Below are positions 9,972-21,624 of a stretch of 44,658 bases of DNA, in pieces (position 1 is the stretch's first letter; each line of letters begins with the position of its first letter). The position numbers were made by a program, and so were the translations under genes. Under the pieces are notes generated by a model. That model was not told where the DNA came from and searched no databases. It worked only from the letters and a program-made list of their open reading frames with translations. The stretch comes from Desulfobacterales bacterium. Its GTDB lineage: Bacteria > Desulfobacterota > Desulfobacteria > Desulfobacterales > UBA5852. The stretch covers positions 1 to 44,658 of the forward strand of contig JASJCD010000001.1 of assembly GCA_030066135.1 (NCBI GenBank), in the 5' to 3' direction.

Positions 9972-10001
9972 TTGACAGGTATTTTATTCCTATTCTATCT
10001 T
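9972..10001 (+). promoter_or_regulatory. Putative sigma70 promoter for ppdK
   Basis: TTGACA-N18-TATCTT. Confidence 0.4.
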
Positions 10002-10165
10002 GGTGGTCACGGCCTGTTGGTTGCGCATTCGATCTGAATTCACGCACGGCCTGACCTTATGCATTCCGCCCGACTAAGAATCAATCAAGGCAATCCTGGC
10101 AGGGGTTGGCTAAATTGCCGCGGCCGCACCGTCTGAGGCCGGCATCGGCTGGAAAGGGAATCGCT

Positions 10166-12901
<2,736 letters not shown>

Positions 12902-13142
12902 GCCTCAAAACCGGGTGTCAGGTTTGTAAGGATGCCGCCTAAACCGCGAAATCAGCGGCTATCAAAAGAGGGGCATGCATGCCGGCGAAGGGCTGAACGC
13001 CCGCGCCGGTAGCTGCGCGCCGTTGCCTGCTGTCGGCCGGTCGCATCATCCCGGGCCCCAGGCCCGGGAATCCCCCCGAGGGTGGGGAATAAGACGATGC
13101 CTGGGAATCCACCCGGAAATGGGGGCCTTGGATTGAAGCCCT

Positions 13143-13195
13143 TTGCGAAAGGCCGGCCGTTCGTGTATACTTTCAGTCAACATATCAGCTGATAT
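13143..13195 (+). promoter_or_regulatory. Putative sigma70 promoter plus palindromic operator for the envelope locus
   Basis: TTGCGA-N17-TATACT (13143-13171), followed by the perfect 14-bp palindrome ATATCAGCTGATAT (13182-13195). Confidence 0.5.
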
Positions 13196-13340
13196 TTCAT
13201 AATGTTAACTTTCAGGCCCCCCGCCGGAACATACCCACTGACAGCCTTGGCCGGCAACTTGACACATGGGGGCCCGATTCTTATTTCCGGATGTGAGCTT
13301 TGCATGCTCCCGTCCAAGGTTAATACATCCCAGGTTTGAA

Positions 13341-14288
13341 ATGATGAAAACATTGTTCCGATCAGCTGCGTACAGACAAATCGCTGTGACGATCCTGGGC
13401 GTATTCGGCATTGGCCTTCTGATCGGTGCGAACGCCGAGGCCCTCAGTCGAGACGAACGCATCGCTCAGGCCCGCCGGGACTGGCTGGTCGGCCTGGCCA
13501 CCGAAAGGCGGATTGCCGAGGATCTGGCCCGCTATAAATCATCGGACCAGGCCTCGCCGGAAGTCGTCCAGCTTTACGAAACCTATCTGGATCGCGTGCG
13601 GCGCCTTACCGCCGAAAAACGCAAGCTTCTGGATGCCCTCCAGGGCGACCGCAGCAAAGGATCGGCGTCGGCCCATTCGGGCGGTGCTAAAACGAAGTCA
13701 CCTTCTCAGCCCGTATACGATCCCCAGATTCCTGAAGATCAGGAACTTGACGAGATCCGGGCCCTGAATGCGGAACTCGACCGCTCGCTGGCGGCCTTCG
13801 ACGACATGCTCCTGCGAGAAATCGAACAGTCCCGCGTCGAATCCGAGCTCAAAATGCAGAAGTTGGCCCGTGAGGCCGCCCGGGCCGCCAGGTCACTGCG
13901 CGACCAAGGCCAGATGGAGGGCAGCGAAGACACCGAGCAGGGACTGAAAGAAGGCCAGAGCTCCACTGGCAGCGGGAATGAAACCGGAAAAATGGAAGGC
14001 GACCGGCAAGGAGAACAACAGCCGGCCGGGGGGGCCGCGGGCGAGCGTGACGCCGAGGCCAGCCAGAAAGAAAGTGGCCAGGGAACCGATCTGGCCCGCT
14101 CAGAGAACAGGCAAACCAAGGGCACCGCCTCCGGGGAAGCGGGGTCACCGGGCGAAGACGATAACATCAACACCCAGGATGACGATATTGTCGCCCGCCA
14201 GTTGCGGGAAGCTGCCGAAAAGGAAACCGATCCCGAGTTGAAAGAAAAGCTGTGGAAAGAGTACCGCGACTACAAAAAGAGTATTTAG
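13341..14288 (+). CDS. Secreted coiled-coil protein with low-complexity G/E/Q linker and compact C-terminal helical domain
   Basis: Signal peptide ending ANA-EA, helical segments, acidic disordered linker, C-terminus DDDIVARQLREAAEKETDPELKEKLWKEY. Start at ATG 13341. Confidence 0.7.
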   Translation: MMKTLFRSAAYRQIAVTILGVFGIGLLIGANAEALSRDERIAQARRDWLVGLATERRIAEDLARYKSSDQASPEVVQLYETYLDRVRRLTAEKRKLLDALQGDRSKGSASAHSGGAKTKSPSQPVYDPQIPEDQELDEIRALNAELDRSLAAFDDMLLREIEQSRVESELKMQKLAREAARAARSLRDQGQMEGSEDTEQGLKEGQSSTGSGNETGKMEGDRQGEQQPAGGAAGERDAEASQKESGQGTDLARSENRQTKGTASGEAGSPGEDDNINTQDDDIVARQLREAAEKETDPELKEKLWKEYRDYKKSI

Positions 14289-15562
14289 GGTTTCCCGACG
14301 CCAGTCTTACAGCGAGGACCGGTAAGCGCCAAAATCGACGGCGGCGTCCTGTGTTGGTTTCCCTGCTGGGATGTATATTGGTCACGGCTTTAAGCGGCTG
14401 CGCCAGCCACAGTTACAATGCCCGCAATGTGGAGGCCACCCCGATCCAGATCGCCCAGCAGGAGATTCCCGAAGCGGATCTGCTCGACGTGGGGATCGTC
14501 GTTTTTGAAAGCGCCGAGCTTACCGAGGAAGACATCGAGGACAAGGGCACCAACAACGAAATTCGGCAATCCGAGACCCATTTCATTCCCTGCCACCTGC
14601 GCAATACTCTGCAGCGCAGCGCTCAGTGGGGAGCGGTACGCGTCATACCGGAAGAAAGCAGCACCCATGATGTTCTGCTCACCGGCACCATATTGGAATC
14701 CAACGGCCAGGAACTCGTCATTAAAATCAAGGCCACCGATGCCCGCGGCCGCCTCTGGTACGAGGAGACCTATCGTCAGGAAGCCACCGGGGTCTCCTAT
14801 AAAGACAATATCCCGTGGGAGCAGGATGCCTATCAAAACCTTTATAATACGATTGCCAACGATCTGGCCGACCATCGCAAGAAACTCCCGGCCGGTTCAG
14901 TCGACCGGATCCGTTCGATCGCCAAACTGCAATTTGCCCGGGACTTCGCCCCCGATGCCTACGAAGACTACCTCGTCGAAAATGACGATCAGGAAGTGAC
15001 TTTAAACCGCCTGCCGGCGGACGACGATCCCCAGATGGCCCGCCTGATGACCATCCGCGAGCGTGACCACATGTATATCGACACGCTAAATCAATACTAC
15101 GACGGCTTTTATGCCGGAATGTGGCCGGCCTACGAGAATTGGCGCAAGCTGGATCTGACCGAACGGCTGGCCCGGGAGGAAATCGAAAAATCCGCCATGC
15201 TGCGCAAAGCCGGCGGCGCCATGTTGGTGGCCCTGGCCATTTTGCTGGAAGTGACCCAGTCGGGGGCCGGGAATATGCTTCAGGGCGTGATGGCGGTTTC
15301 CGGCGGGCAGGTGTTCATGAGCGGTATCAACCTCTCCAAGCAAGCGGAAATGCACTCGGCGGCCATCGCGGAGCTGAGCGAATCGTTCGGGGCGGATATG
15401 GAACCGGTCAATCTGGAGCTCAAGGGCCAAACCTATGAACTGACCGGTTCAGCCCAAGAGCAATATCGGCAATGGCGGGCGCTCTTGCGTCAGATCTACC
15501 TGCGGGAAACCGGTTTCGAACCTGTCGCGGACGACGGCCCTGACGTGAGCGTGGCCGATTAA
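14252..15562 (+). CDS. Lipoprotein of unknown function
   Basis: Arg-rich n-region, hydrophobic h-region and lipobox LSG-C; second hydrophobic segment near residue 330. Start is uncertain. Confidence 0.7.
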   Translation: MERVPRLQKEYLGFPDASLTARTGKRQNRRRRPVLVSLLGCILVTALSGCASHSYNARNVEATPIQIAQQEIPEADLLDVGIVVFESAELTEEDIEDKGTNNEIRQSETHFIPCHLRNTLQRSAQWGAVRVIPEESSTHDVLLTGTILESNGQELVIKIKATDARGRLWYEETYRQEATGVSYKDNIPWEQDAYQNLYNTIANDLADHRKKLPAGSVDRIRSIAKLQFARDFAPDAYEDYLVENDDQEVTLNRLPADDDPQMARLMTIRERDHMYIDTLNQYYDGFYAGMWPAYENWRKLDLTERLAREEIEKSAMLRKAGGAMLVALAILLEVTQSGAGNMLQGVMAVSGGQVFMSGINLSKQAEMHSAAIAELSESFGADMEPVNLELKGQTYELTGSAQEQYRQWRALLRQIYLRETGFEPVADDGPDVSVAD

Positions 15563-15634
15563 AACCGTGGACGCCATCACTGTTTCAGGCCGCCTTTCGG
15601 CCGCTGCCCGCTGCTGAGTGCCCAGGTCGGACCT

Positions 15635-18046
15635 ATGCCGCCTCCAATCCCTTCATCCATTCGTCCACAACAGATTCTCGGCGATCGTTTCGAGCTGCTC
15701 GCGCTTCTGGGCCGGGGGGGCATGGGGGAGGTCTGGCTCACACGGGATCTCGAATTGGAGGTCCGCATTGCGCTGAAACTTTTGCATCCGCGTCTGGCCG
15801 CCGCCGAGGGCGCAGTTGCGTTCATGAAAAACGAATGCCGGGCCGCCCGCCGTCTGACCCACCCCAATATCGTACGTGTCTACGATTTCCACCAGCAGGA
15901 CGATCTGGCGTTCATTTCCATGGAGTGGATCGAGGGTCCCACCTTTGATCGCTGGATGCTTTCTGACGGAACCGATCAGTTGCAACCGGTCCGCGTGCTG
16001 GGCACGGTGGCCGATGCCCTGGACCATATCCATGGGCAGGGGCTGGTGCATCGCGATGTCAAGGCCCGCAACATCCTGATGACCCCGCACGGGCAGCCGA
16101 AATTGACCGATTTTGGCATTGTCGGTCTATGGCGTTTCCAGGAGGACATGCTGAACATCCAGACCGGAGGATCCGCCGCGGGCATGAGCCCCCAGCAGCG
16201 CGAAGGCCACCCTCCGGATCCGGCCGACGATATCTATGCTCTGGGGGTACTGCTGCAGGTGACGCTGGCCGGTGGCCCCAACCCGGCTGTCACCCTGGAC
16301 CTCCCCGGGTCTGACGAAACCGTGGTTCCCGAGATAGAGACGCCCGCGCCTTCAGCCGCCTGGAACACTGGCGCACTGCTGCAGTTGGCCGCCCAGATGC
16401 AGGCGTCTTCCCGCCGCGCGCGCCCCGCCAGCATGACCGTTGTCCGGGATACCATCGATACCGCTCTTGCCGCTGCGGCTGAGAGCACCATGCCGCCGAA
16501 TGCCGACGTCCACCCGCTGGTTGACGACCGGACGTCAAGGACTGCCGACCATGTCGCGCCGCAATCGTACACGCCCGGTAAAGACATCTCAGCCCCGCCC
16601 TCACGGCGGCCGCCCCCATACTGGGGACTGGGCCTGGTCATGGCGGCCGTGGGGTTGATGGCCGCCGGTATCTGGCTCATCACCGTACTGGCCCCCAAGC
16701 CGCCGGTCGCCACGACGCCGGCGGCGTCCCCCGGGCCGGCAGCGGTTGCACCGCCGGCACCATCCGCAGGCCCCGACGGCGGAACCCGTCTGACACGCGC
16801 CCCCCAGGAAACGGCGCCGGGACCGGATCTCATTACGGCCGAAAAGAGCATGGCCCTCTGGCTGCGCCTCAACGAACAGCTCAAAGAGGCACATGCGGCA
16901 GACTGGGCGGCGGAACGGCTCGAACAAATTGAAACGCGCGCGCAAGCCGCCGATGCCGCCATGATGGCCCGCGACTATACCGGGGCCGCGGAAACCTATG
17001 GCGCCGCCGTCGCGGAAGGCGAAGCCCTGCTGGCCGAACGCGAGACCCGGTATGCGGCCGCAATGCAGGCCGGCGCGGAGGCCCTGCAGGCGGAGCGGCC
17101 TGCCAAGGCCCGCGATCATTTTTCATGGGCCCTCAGGATAAAGCCGGGCGATGCCGCTGCCAGCCAGGGTCTAGCGGCCGCCGATATACTTACAAAGGTC
17201 ATGGTGCAGATGGACGCCGGGCGCTCCCATGAAAGGGAGGGGCGCTACGAGCTGGCGCTGGCGGACTATGAGGCCGTGCTCGCGATCGACGGCGATTTTA
17301 TCCCGGCCCGGGAAGCCGTGGACCGCCTGCGGGAACAGATCGCCGCAACCCAGTATAATCGTCTGGTGGCCGATGGCCTGAGTGCCTATCACCAGAACCG
17401 GCTGAATGAGGCCCGCGGCCACATCAAGGAGGCCTTGCTCTATCGGCCAGGCGGCCATGAAGCCCGTGAAGCGTTGCGGCAAATCGACACGGCGGCGCGC
17501 AATCAGCGCATTGCACGCCTGCGGCAGAGAGGAAACAACGCCGAAAACAGGGAACAGTGGGATCAGGCCCTGAAAGCCTATGAAAATGCACTCGCCATCG
17601 ATCCGGCCCTCCAATTCGCCCGCGATGGTGCCGTGCGCAGTCGCGAGCGCATCCGCCTCGACAAGCGCCTGCGCTATTATCTCGACAATCCGGAGGTTCT
17701 GGCATCCGATCGTTATCTGCAGGAAGCGCGTCAGCTGCTGACGGCGATCGCGGCGCTGGAACCGCGCGGTCCCCGTCTGTCCGGGGAGATCCAAACCCTG
17801 GAAGCCCGAATCAAGGCCGCCCAGACCATCGTCCCCGTAACGCTGCTTTCGGACGGTCTGACAGAAGTGGCTGTGCTGCGTGTGGCCCGTCTGGGTCGCA
17901 TCACCCGCCGGACCCTTGATCTGCGCCCGGGCATCTATACCGTCGTCGGGGCGCGCAACGGTTACAAAGATGTCCGCCAAACCATCCGTGTTGAAGCGGA
18001 TCAGCAGGCCTTGCAGGTGTCGATCGCATGCAAAGAAAAGATCTGA
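15635..18046 (+). CDS. Membrane-anchored Hanks-type Ser/Thr protein kinase with extracytoplasmic TPR-like repeats
   Basis: GRGGMGEV, IALK, HPNIV, HRDVKARN and DFG motifs; TM segment WGLGLVMAAVGLMAAGIWLITV; repeats such as ALADYEAVLAID and ALKAYENALAIDP; short beta-rich C-terminus. Confidence 0.9.
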   Translation: MPPPIPSSIRPQQILGDRFELLALLGRGGMGEVWLTRDLELEVRIALKLLHPRLAAAEGAVAFMKNECRAARRLTHPNIVRVYDFHQQDDLAFISMEWIEGPTFDRWMLSDGTDQLQPVRVLGTVADALDHIHGQGLVHRDVKARNILMTPHGQPKLTDFGIVGLWRFQEDMLNIQTGGSAAGMSPQQREGHPPDPADDIYALGVLLQVTLAGGPNPAVTLDLPGSDETVVPEIETPAPSAAWNTGALLQLAAQMQASSRRARPASMTVVRDTIDTALAAAAESTMPPNADVHPLVDDRTSRTADHVAPQSYTPGKDISAPPSRRPPPYWGLGLVMAAVGLMAAGIWLITVLAPKPPVATTPAASPGPAAVAPPAPSAGPDGGTRLTRAPQETAPGPDLITAEKSMALWLRLNEQLKEAHAADWAAERLEQIETRAQAADAAMMARDYTGAAETYGAAVAEGEALLAERETRYAAAMQAGAEALQAERPAKARDHFSWALRIKPGDAAASQGLAAADILTKVMVQMDAGRSHEREGRYELALADYEAVLAIDGDFIPAREAVDRLREQIAATQYNRLVADGLSAYHQNRLNEARGHIKEALLYRPGGHEAREALRQIDTAARNQRIARLRQRGNNAENREQWDQALKAYENALAIDPALQFARDGAVRSRERIRLDKRLRYYLDNPEVLASDRYLQEARQLLTAIAALEPRGPRLSGEIQTLEARIKAAQTIVPVTLLSDGLTEVAVLRVARLGRITRRTLDLRPGIYTVVGARNGYKDVRQTIRVEADQQALQVSIACKEKI

Positions 18047-20178
18047 ATAATACCACCCGCCCCGATGAAACCACGCCGCCGGATGTCGTCGGCGCGACGA
18101 CTGTCAAACCGGTCGCTTTCGAACCCCGCGGCGCAAAATCCTCTTCCGGTCAGGATCGACGCGGCCGGCTTTGGCTGGCTGCCCTGGGCCTGCCGGCCGT
18201 TGTATTGGCCGTCCTGGCCTGGTTTGTCTTTACCGCCCGCCAACTCGAGCTCGACATTGTGCCAGCGCCTGAAAAACTAACGATCCAGGGCGGTCTCCTG
18301 ACACCCCGCGTGGGCAAAGCCTACCTGCTGCGACCCGGAAACTATCGCCTGCATGCTGTTCGCGCCGGCTACCACGACCTTGAAACCGACTTCCAGATCG
18401 GTGCGGACAAGCATCAGACCCTCAAGTTCACCATGGAAAAGCTGCCGGGCGTGATTCACCTGACCACGCACCGGGAAGGCCAGCCAGCCGAAGCCGTGAA
18501 CGGCGCCGCTGTCGAAGTCGACGGCGATATTCTCGGCCAGAGCCCGCTGGTGGCGGTCGAGGTGCCCGCGGGCCGCCATACGCTCCGCCTGCAGGCGCCG
18601 CTCTACAAACCGCGGCAGGCGCATATCGATGTGGCGGGAGAGGGCCAGAAGCAGACGTTCGCCTTCGGGCTGGAGCCCAACTGGGCTGATGTCAGTTTCG
18701 AGACCAACCCGCCCGGCGCCTGGATTCAATTGGCTGGCCGCCGTCTGGGTCAGACCCCTCTGACGGCACCCCTGGAAGCCGGCCACCATCAGGTGCAAAT
18801 CCGCCGGGAAGGCTACAAACCGGCCTCCACGCGCATTCATGTGATCGCCGGCCAGGCCCTGGCGGTTCCGCCCCTAGCGCTTGAAAAGGTCGCAGGACGC
18901 CTGTTCGTCACCTCCCGCCCCACGGGGGCCAACGTCACGGTTGGCGACCGTTTCTATGGGCAGACTCCCATCGACCTCGCCCTGCCGGCGGATCAGGAAT
19001 ACGTGGTGCGCATTTCCGAACCAGGCTACAAAACGGCCGCGCACCGCGTGCGGGTGGCCAGCGGTGGCAAAGCCTCTGTGGCGGCCGATCTGGTGCCGCG
19101 CCGCGGGAGGATTCGCTTCAAGGTGTCCCCACCGGAAGCCCGATTGCTGGTAAATGGCCAGCCATACGGCCGGGTGCCGGCGTCGCTGGATCTCCTGGCC
19201 GTCCGCCATCAGATCCAGATCGTCAGGGAAGGCTACCGCGACTACCGCACCCAGATTACCCCCCGCCCAGGTTACACTCTGGAGCTCAATGTCAAACTCA
19301 AGCGCCCCTATGAAACCGACGTCCCCGGCATCATCCAGGCCCCCAACGGCTACCGTCTTAAGCTGATCCAACCGGCGGCGGCAACTTTCCGCATGGGGTC
19401 ATCGCGCCGCGAGCAGGGCCGCCGGGCCAATGAAACCCTGCGTGATGTCAGCCTGCGCCACCCGTTTTACATGGGCCTGAAAGAGGTCACCAACGGCCAG
19501 TTTCGAGAATTTCAGGCGGCCCACGACGCCGGCATCTTCAAAAACTATAGTTTGAACCGCAACGAACAGCCCGCGACCCGGATCACATGGCAGCAGGCCG
19601 CCGCCTTCTGCAACTGGTTAAGCCAGCGGGAGGGGCTGCCCCCGGCCTATGTTTCCCAAAGAGGAGGCGGGTTGAAACCGGCGATCCCCCTGAACCATGG
19701 CTACCGCCTGCCGACCGAGGCCGAATGGGCTTTCTGTGCCCGTGTGGATGCATCCGGAAGTGTGGTCAAATACCCCTGGGGGAACAAATTCCCGCCGAAG
19801 GACCGAACCGCGAACCTGGCCGATCAGTCCGCCCAGACGATCCTGCAGCTGTTTCTGCAAAACTACAAAGACGGGCATCCGGTGGCCGCCCCGCCGGGCA
19901 GTCTGAAGCCTAATCACCTGGGTCTGTTCGATATGGGGGGCAACGTCTCGGAATGGTGCCACGACTATTACATGATCTATCCCTATACCCAAGGCCGGGT
20001 GGTCACCGATCCGACCGGTCCGGCAACCGGACGCCACCACGTCATCCGGGGGGGAAGCTGGAAGCAGGCCTCAATCCAGACCCTGCGCGCCGCCCACCGC
20101 GATTATCAGGAGAAGAAGCGCCTGGATCTGGGATTCCGTATCGGCCGCTATGTCGCGCCAAACAAGGAGACAGACTGA
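18028..20178 (+). CDS. TM-anchored PEGA-repeat and SUMF1/FGE-sulfatase-like domain protein
   Basis: N-terminal TM; repeated PEGA-like units (TNPPGA..GQTPL, SRPTGA..GQTPI); C-terminal FRMGS, EVTNGQF, YRLPTEAEW, GLFDMGGNVSEWC, VIRGGSW and GFR. Lacks the FGE catalytic Cys pair after RGGSW. Confidence 0.9.
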   Translation: MQRKDLNNTTRPDETTPPDVVGATTVKPVAFEPRGAKSSSGQDRRGRLWLAALGLPAVVLAVLAWFVFTARQLELDIVPAPEKLTIQGGLLTPRVGKAYLLRPGNYRLHAVRAGYHDLETDFQIGADKHQTLKFTMEKLPGVIHLTTHREGQPAEAVNGAAVEVDGDILGQSPLVAVEVPAGRHTLRLQAPLYKPRQAHIDVAGEGQKQTFAFGLEPNWADVSFETNPPGAWIQLAGRRLGQTPLTAPLEAGHHQVQIRREGYKPASTRIHVIAGQALAVPPLALEKVAGRLFVTSRPTGANVTVGDRFYGQTPIDLALPADQEYVVRISEPGYKTAAHRVRVASGGKASVAADLVPRRGRIRFKVSPPEARLLVNGQPYGRVPASLDLLAVRHQIQIVREGYRDYRTQITPRPGYTLELNVKLKRPYETDVPGIIQAPNGYRLKLIQPAAATFRMGSSRREQGRRANETLRDVSLRHPFYMGLKEVTNGQFREFQAAHDAGIFKNYSLNRNEQPATRITWQQAAAFCNWLSQREGLPPAYVSQRGGGLKPAIPLNHGYRLPTEAEWAFCARVDASGSVVKYPWGNKFPPKDRTANLADQSAQTILQLFLQNYKDGHPVAAPPGSLKPNHLGLFDMGGNVSEWCHDYYMIYPYTQGRVVTDPTGPATGRHHVIRGGSWKQASIQTLRAAHRDYQEKKRLDLGFRIGRYVAPNKETD

Positions 20179-20480
20179 TGCCGGCGGCCGCCAGAGGATG
20201 GGGGGTCGGCCTGTTGCTGGTGGTCTGGCTGCTGGCGGCTCATCCGGCCGGGGCTGAGAACGATGCCGCCGTCTCGCCTTCCCCGCCCCCCCGCCAGTCA
20301 GCGGAAAGTAACGAAGACCGTCCGGAAAACGCCGCGTCCGAATCATCTGCGGAGGCACAAGCCCGGCCGGCCGCCAAAGCGCCGGACCGGTCCCCGGCGA
20401 CGCCGCGCAACCGCAAGCCTTTCCAGCCCTCGGAGGAAATCCACGTGGACAAAGCGGTGGATTTCCCGGCGGACATATGA
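20178..20480 (+). CDS. Small secreted protein with disordered body and ordered C-terminal peptide
   Basis: ATG overlaps the upstream TGA and has a GGAG RBS. Signal peptide ending AGA-E, Pro/Ser/Ala-rich body, terminus FQPSEEIHVDKAVDFPADI. Confidence 0.7.
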   Translation: MPAAARGWGVGLLLVVWLLAAHPAGAENDAAVSPSPPPRQSAESNEDRPENAASESSAEAQARPAAKAPDRSPATPRNRKPFQPSEEIHVDKAVDFPADI

Positions 20481-20486
20481 CACTAG

Positions 20487-20750
20487 AAACTATCTCAAAA
20501 TTAAGATTAGGGTTCCTGGACGGCGTGCGACGGCGATAAAGCGGAGCATACACGCAAGTATGTATGCAGGCTCGTAGGGCAGAGACCCTGCGATTCTGAT
20601 CAAAGCCGGCTCACGATGCACCGTTTTTTTGTAGATCAAGATGCTGAATCCCGCATCGCGGGGACTCACCGCCATGAATAAAAACCAGTGAGGAATCCAG
20701 CAAAGCGGAAAACGCTGCCCGGGGCACTTGGATTATTTTTGAGATAGGTT
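20487..20750. mobile_element. MITE-like non-autonomous element
   Basis: Imperfect terminal inverted repeats with perfect 11-bp core CTATCTCAAAA (20490-20500) / TTTTGAGATAG (20737-20747). Internal palindromes, no transposase. Confidence 0.55.
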
Positions 20751-20809
20751 TTTATCGGGGGCGTATCCGGCCCCCGGCAACCATCATCAACCCCTTTGCG
20801 GATACGCCG

Positions 20810-21613
20810 ATGAAACACAATCTGCCTGTTTCGTTTGAATTTATCTACCAGTTGTTTGCCCTGATCATCATTGTGATCGCGGTGCACGCCGTCTACGTGG
20901 CCGCCATTCGTCCGGCGGCCGATACCTTCCTGCAGCAGCAGGCCGAACGCGTGGCCAGCGGGCAGCCGGCGGAAACGGAGCAATCGATTTTTGTGATGAT
21001 CCGGGATTATGAGCAGGAGGCCTGCTTTATTCTGATGTTCTGGGCCCTGGCCATCATGGCCTATAAAAGCATCACCACCATCCGCCATCGGCGGCTGCTG
21101 AACGAGGATCTGATCCCCCTGGCCGAGGGGGTCCGCGTGCTGCCCGAAGACACCCTGGCCCTGTCCCGCCGTATCCAGGCCCTGCCTGCCGAACAGCGCC
21201 AATCGCTTCTGCCGCGGGCCCTGCTGGCCGCCCTGCAGCGTTTCAGCTCGACGCGCAACATCCAGGATGTGGCCAATGCCATGCATGCTTACTGCTCGAG
21301 CGAAGGCGAACGCCTGGACAGTGAACTGGCCATGATCCGCTATATCGCCTGGGCCATTCCTTCGGTCGGATTTATCGGCACCGTGCGGGGCATTGGTCAA
21401 GCCCTGGGCCACGCCCACAAGGCCCTTGAGGGCGATATCATGGAGGTTACCCGCAGCCTGGGCGTAGCGTTCAACTCCACGCTGATCGCGCTGCTCATCA
21501 GCATCGTGCTCATGTTTCTGCTCCATCAGCTGCAACTGCTGCAGGAACGCTATATTCTGGATTCGGAAGCTTACTGTGAAGACAAACTGACCCGTCGGCT
21601 GCACACCCGTTAG
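20810..21613 (+). CDS. MotA/TolQ/ExbB proton channel family protein
   Basis: Four predicted TMs; IPSVGFIGTVRGI and LGVAFNSTLIAL channel motifs. Confidence 0.9.
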   Translation: MKHNLPVSFEFIYQLFALIIIVIAVHAVYVAAIRPAADTFLQQQAERVASGQPAETEQSIFVMIRDYEQEACFILMFWALAIMAYKSITTIRHRRLLNEDLIPLAEGVRVLPEDTLALSRRIQALPAEQRQSLLPRALLAALQRFSSTRNIQDVANAMHAYCSSEGERLDSELAMIRYIAWAIPSVGFIGTVRGIGQALGHAHKALEGDIMEVTRSLGVAFNSTLIALLISIVLMFLLHQLQLLQERYILDSEAYCEDKLTRRLHTR

Positions 21614-21624
21614 AGGATACGCAG

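Noticed and set aside
12925-12965. GCC-TAAACCGC...GCT resembling a fluoride riboswitch
   Set aside because: Lacks the GATGG..TTC and GATGAC pseudoknot elements, and lies directly after the ppdK stop.
19330-20160. Active formylglycine-generating enzyme
   Set aside because: The catalytic Cys pair after RGGSW is absent and no sulfatase is nearby; likely a structural SUMF1-like domain.
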